From contig NC_088791.1 in the NCBI RefSeq assembly GCF_011386835.1, forward strand, positions 88,722,001-88,786,000: a stretch of 64,000 nt of DNA, in the 5' to 3' direction. The translations under genes and the position numbers were made by a program. Positions within the stretch are counted from its first letter, which is position 1; each line of letters opens with the position of its first letter. This DNA is from Chrysemys picta bellii (lineage: Eukaryota). The notes beneath the pieces were generated by a model. It saw nothing but the letters and a program-made list of their open reading frames with translations. It did not search any database and was not told the DNA's origin. Positions 63,257-64,000 of the stretch are shown piece after piece.

Positions 63257-64000
63257 AACTGATTAAAGAGGAAAGGACTCTTCTCAGCCGAACAAACCCA
63301 ATGGCTCTTTTAAGAGGCACACATCCCTTCCCCAAAGGAGCTGAAACATCGGGATCACTTACTTAATAACCTAACCGTGTCTCCCTTGAAGGGCAGAAAC
63401 TCCCTTCTCACTTGGTAACAGAAGAGGACAGATACACGGCTCTGGGAAAGGGTATTTCTTAGTACGTTTCTTATCCTACCTCCTTCATATCAGCTTTAGT
63501 CCCGCGCTCTCGGAGAAAAATGCTAAAATGTTAGTGATCTATAGACAAAGGTCCCTTTTCTGACCTGGAAGGAGCGGGAATAGGGATCAGAGCCGCACTT
63601 TGCCGGGATTGGCCAGTGAGAACGCACACTGCCCCCCCCTCCCCATTTATAAACGAGATTAAGCGTCTCGTACAGGCGTCTTTATCTATTTTGGCAAGAA
63701 CATTTGAGAAGATCAGTGGCTACAAATTATTCCCCCCAGGAAATGTATTTGTTTTCCAATCAGATTTGTGGGCTATTTGGAACTCTACGCTCTTTTCAAT
63801 CGGTATCGAAGCAGTGGAGAGAGGAACGCTGGTCATTGTTATTACACTTTGGCTATAATATATTTTTCATATAGATTCTAATCCATTCCCCACTTTTATG
63901 ATACTTCTAAATTACTGTTTCCAAAGATGAATCGGGAATAAATAAAAATTCTGTTGTAGTTGTTTCACTCGTCTCAAAAAGTCAGATAATTTCAGCTCTT

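Noticed and set aside
63590-63660. Orphan promoter (inverted CCAAT and TTTATAAA)
   Set aside because: No downstream gene remnant is visible in the window, and such short motifs are common by chance.

Overview
Eukaryotic, repeat-rich vertebrate DNA. The repeat families suggest a turtle (inference). The window holds part of a replication-dependent histone cluster: H4(+), H3.2(+), H3.2(-), H4(-) inside a 7.55-kb palindrome (two 3276-bp arms, 2 mismatches and no indels by my line-by-line comparison, 1001-bp spacer), then H1(-). About 29 kb of nested transposons follow, then H2A(-), a third H4(-) and an H1 pseudogene(+). No H2B was found. Mobile elements include two Gmr1-type Gypsy elements (one with an 853-codon uninterrupted ORF that runs off the window and is absent from the ORF track), an internally deleted DIRS with intact terminal repeats and ICR, L1 and CR1 LINE fragments, several solo LTRs with target-site duplications, Harbinger and hAT MITEs, and Penelope-derived hairpins with hammerhead remnants. 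Best candidate for undescribed biology: a non-coding module dispersed five times around the histone genes. It ends in a CDE/CHR-geometry motif (GCGCGG-N4-TTCAAA, 9 copies in total) that is amplified into a 51-bp tandem array between H2A and H4. All alignments were done by eye and no database search was possible.
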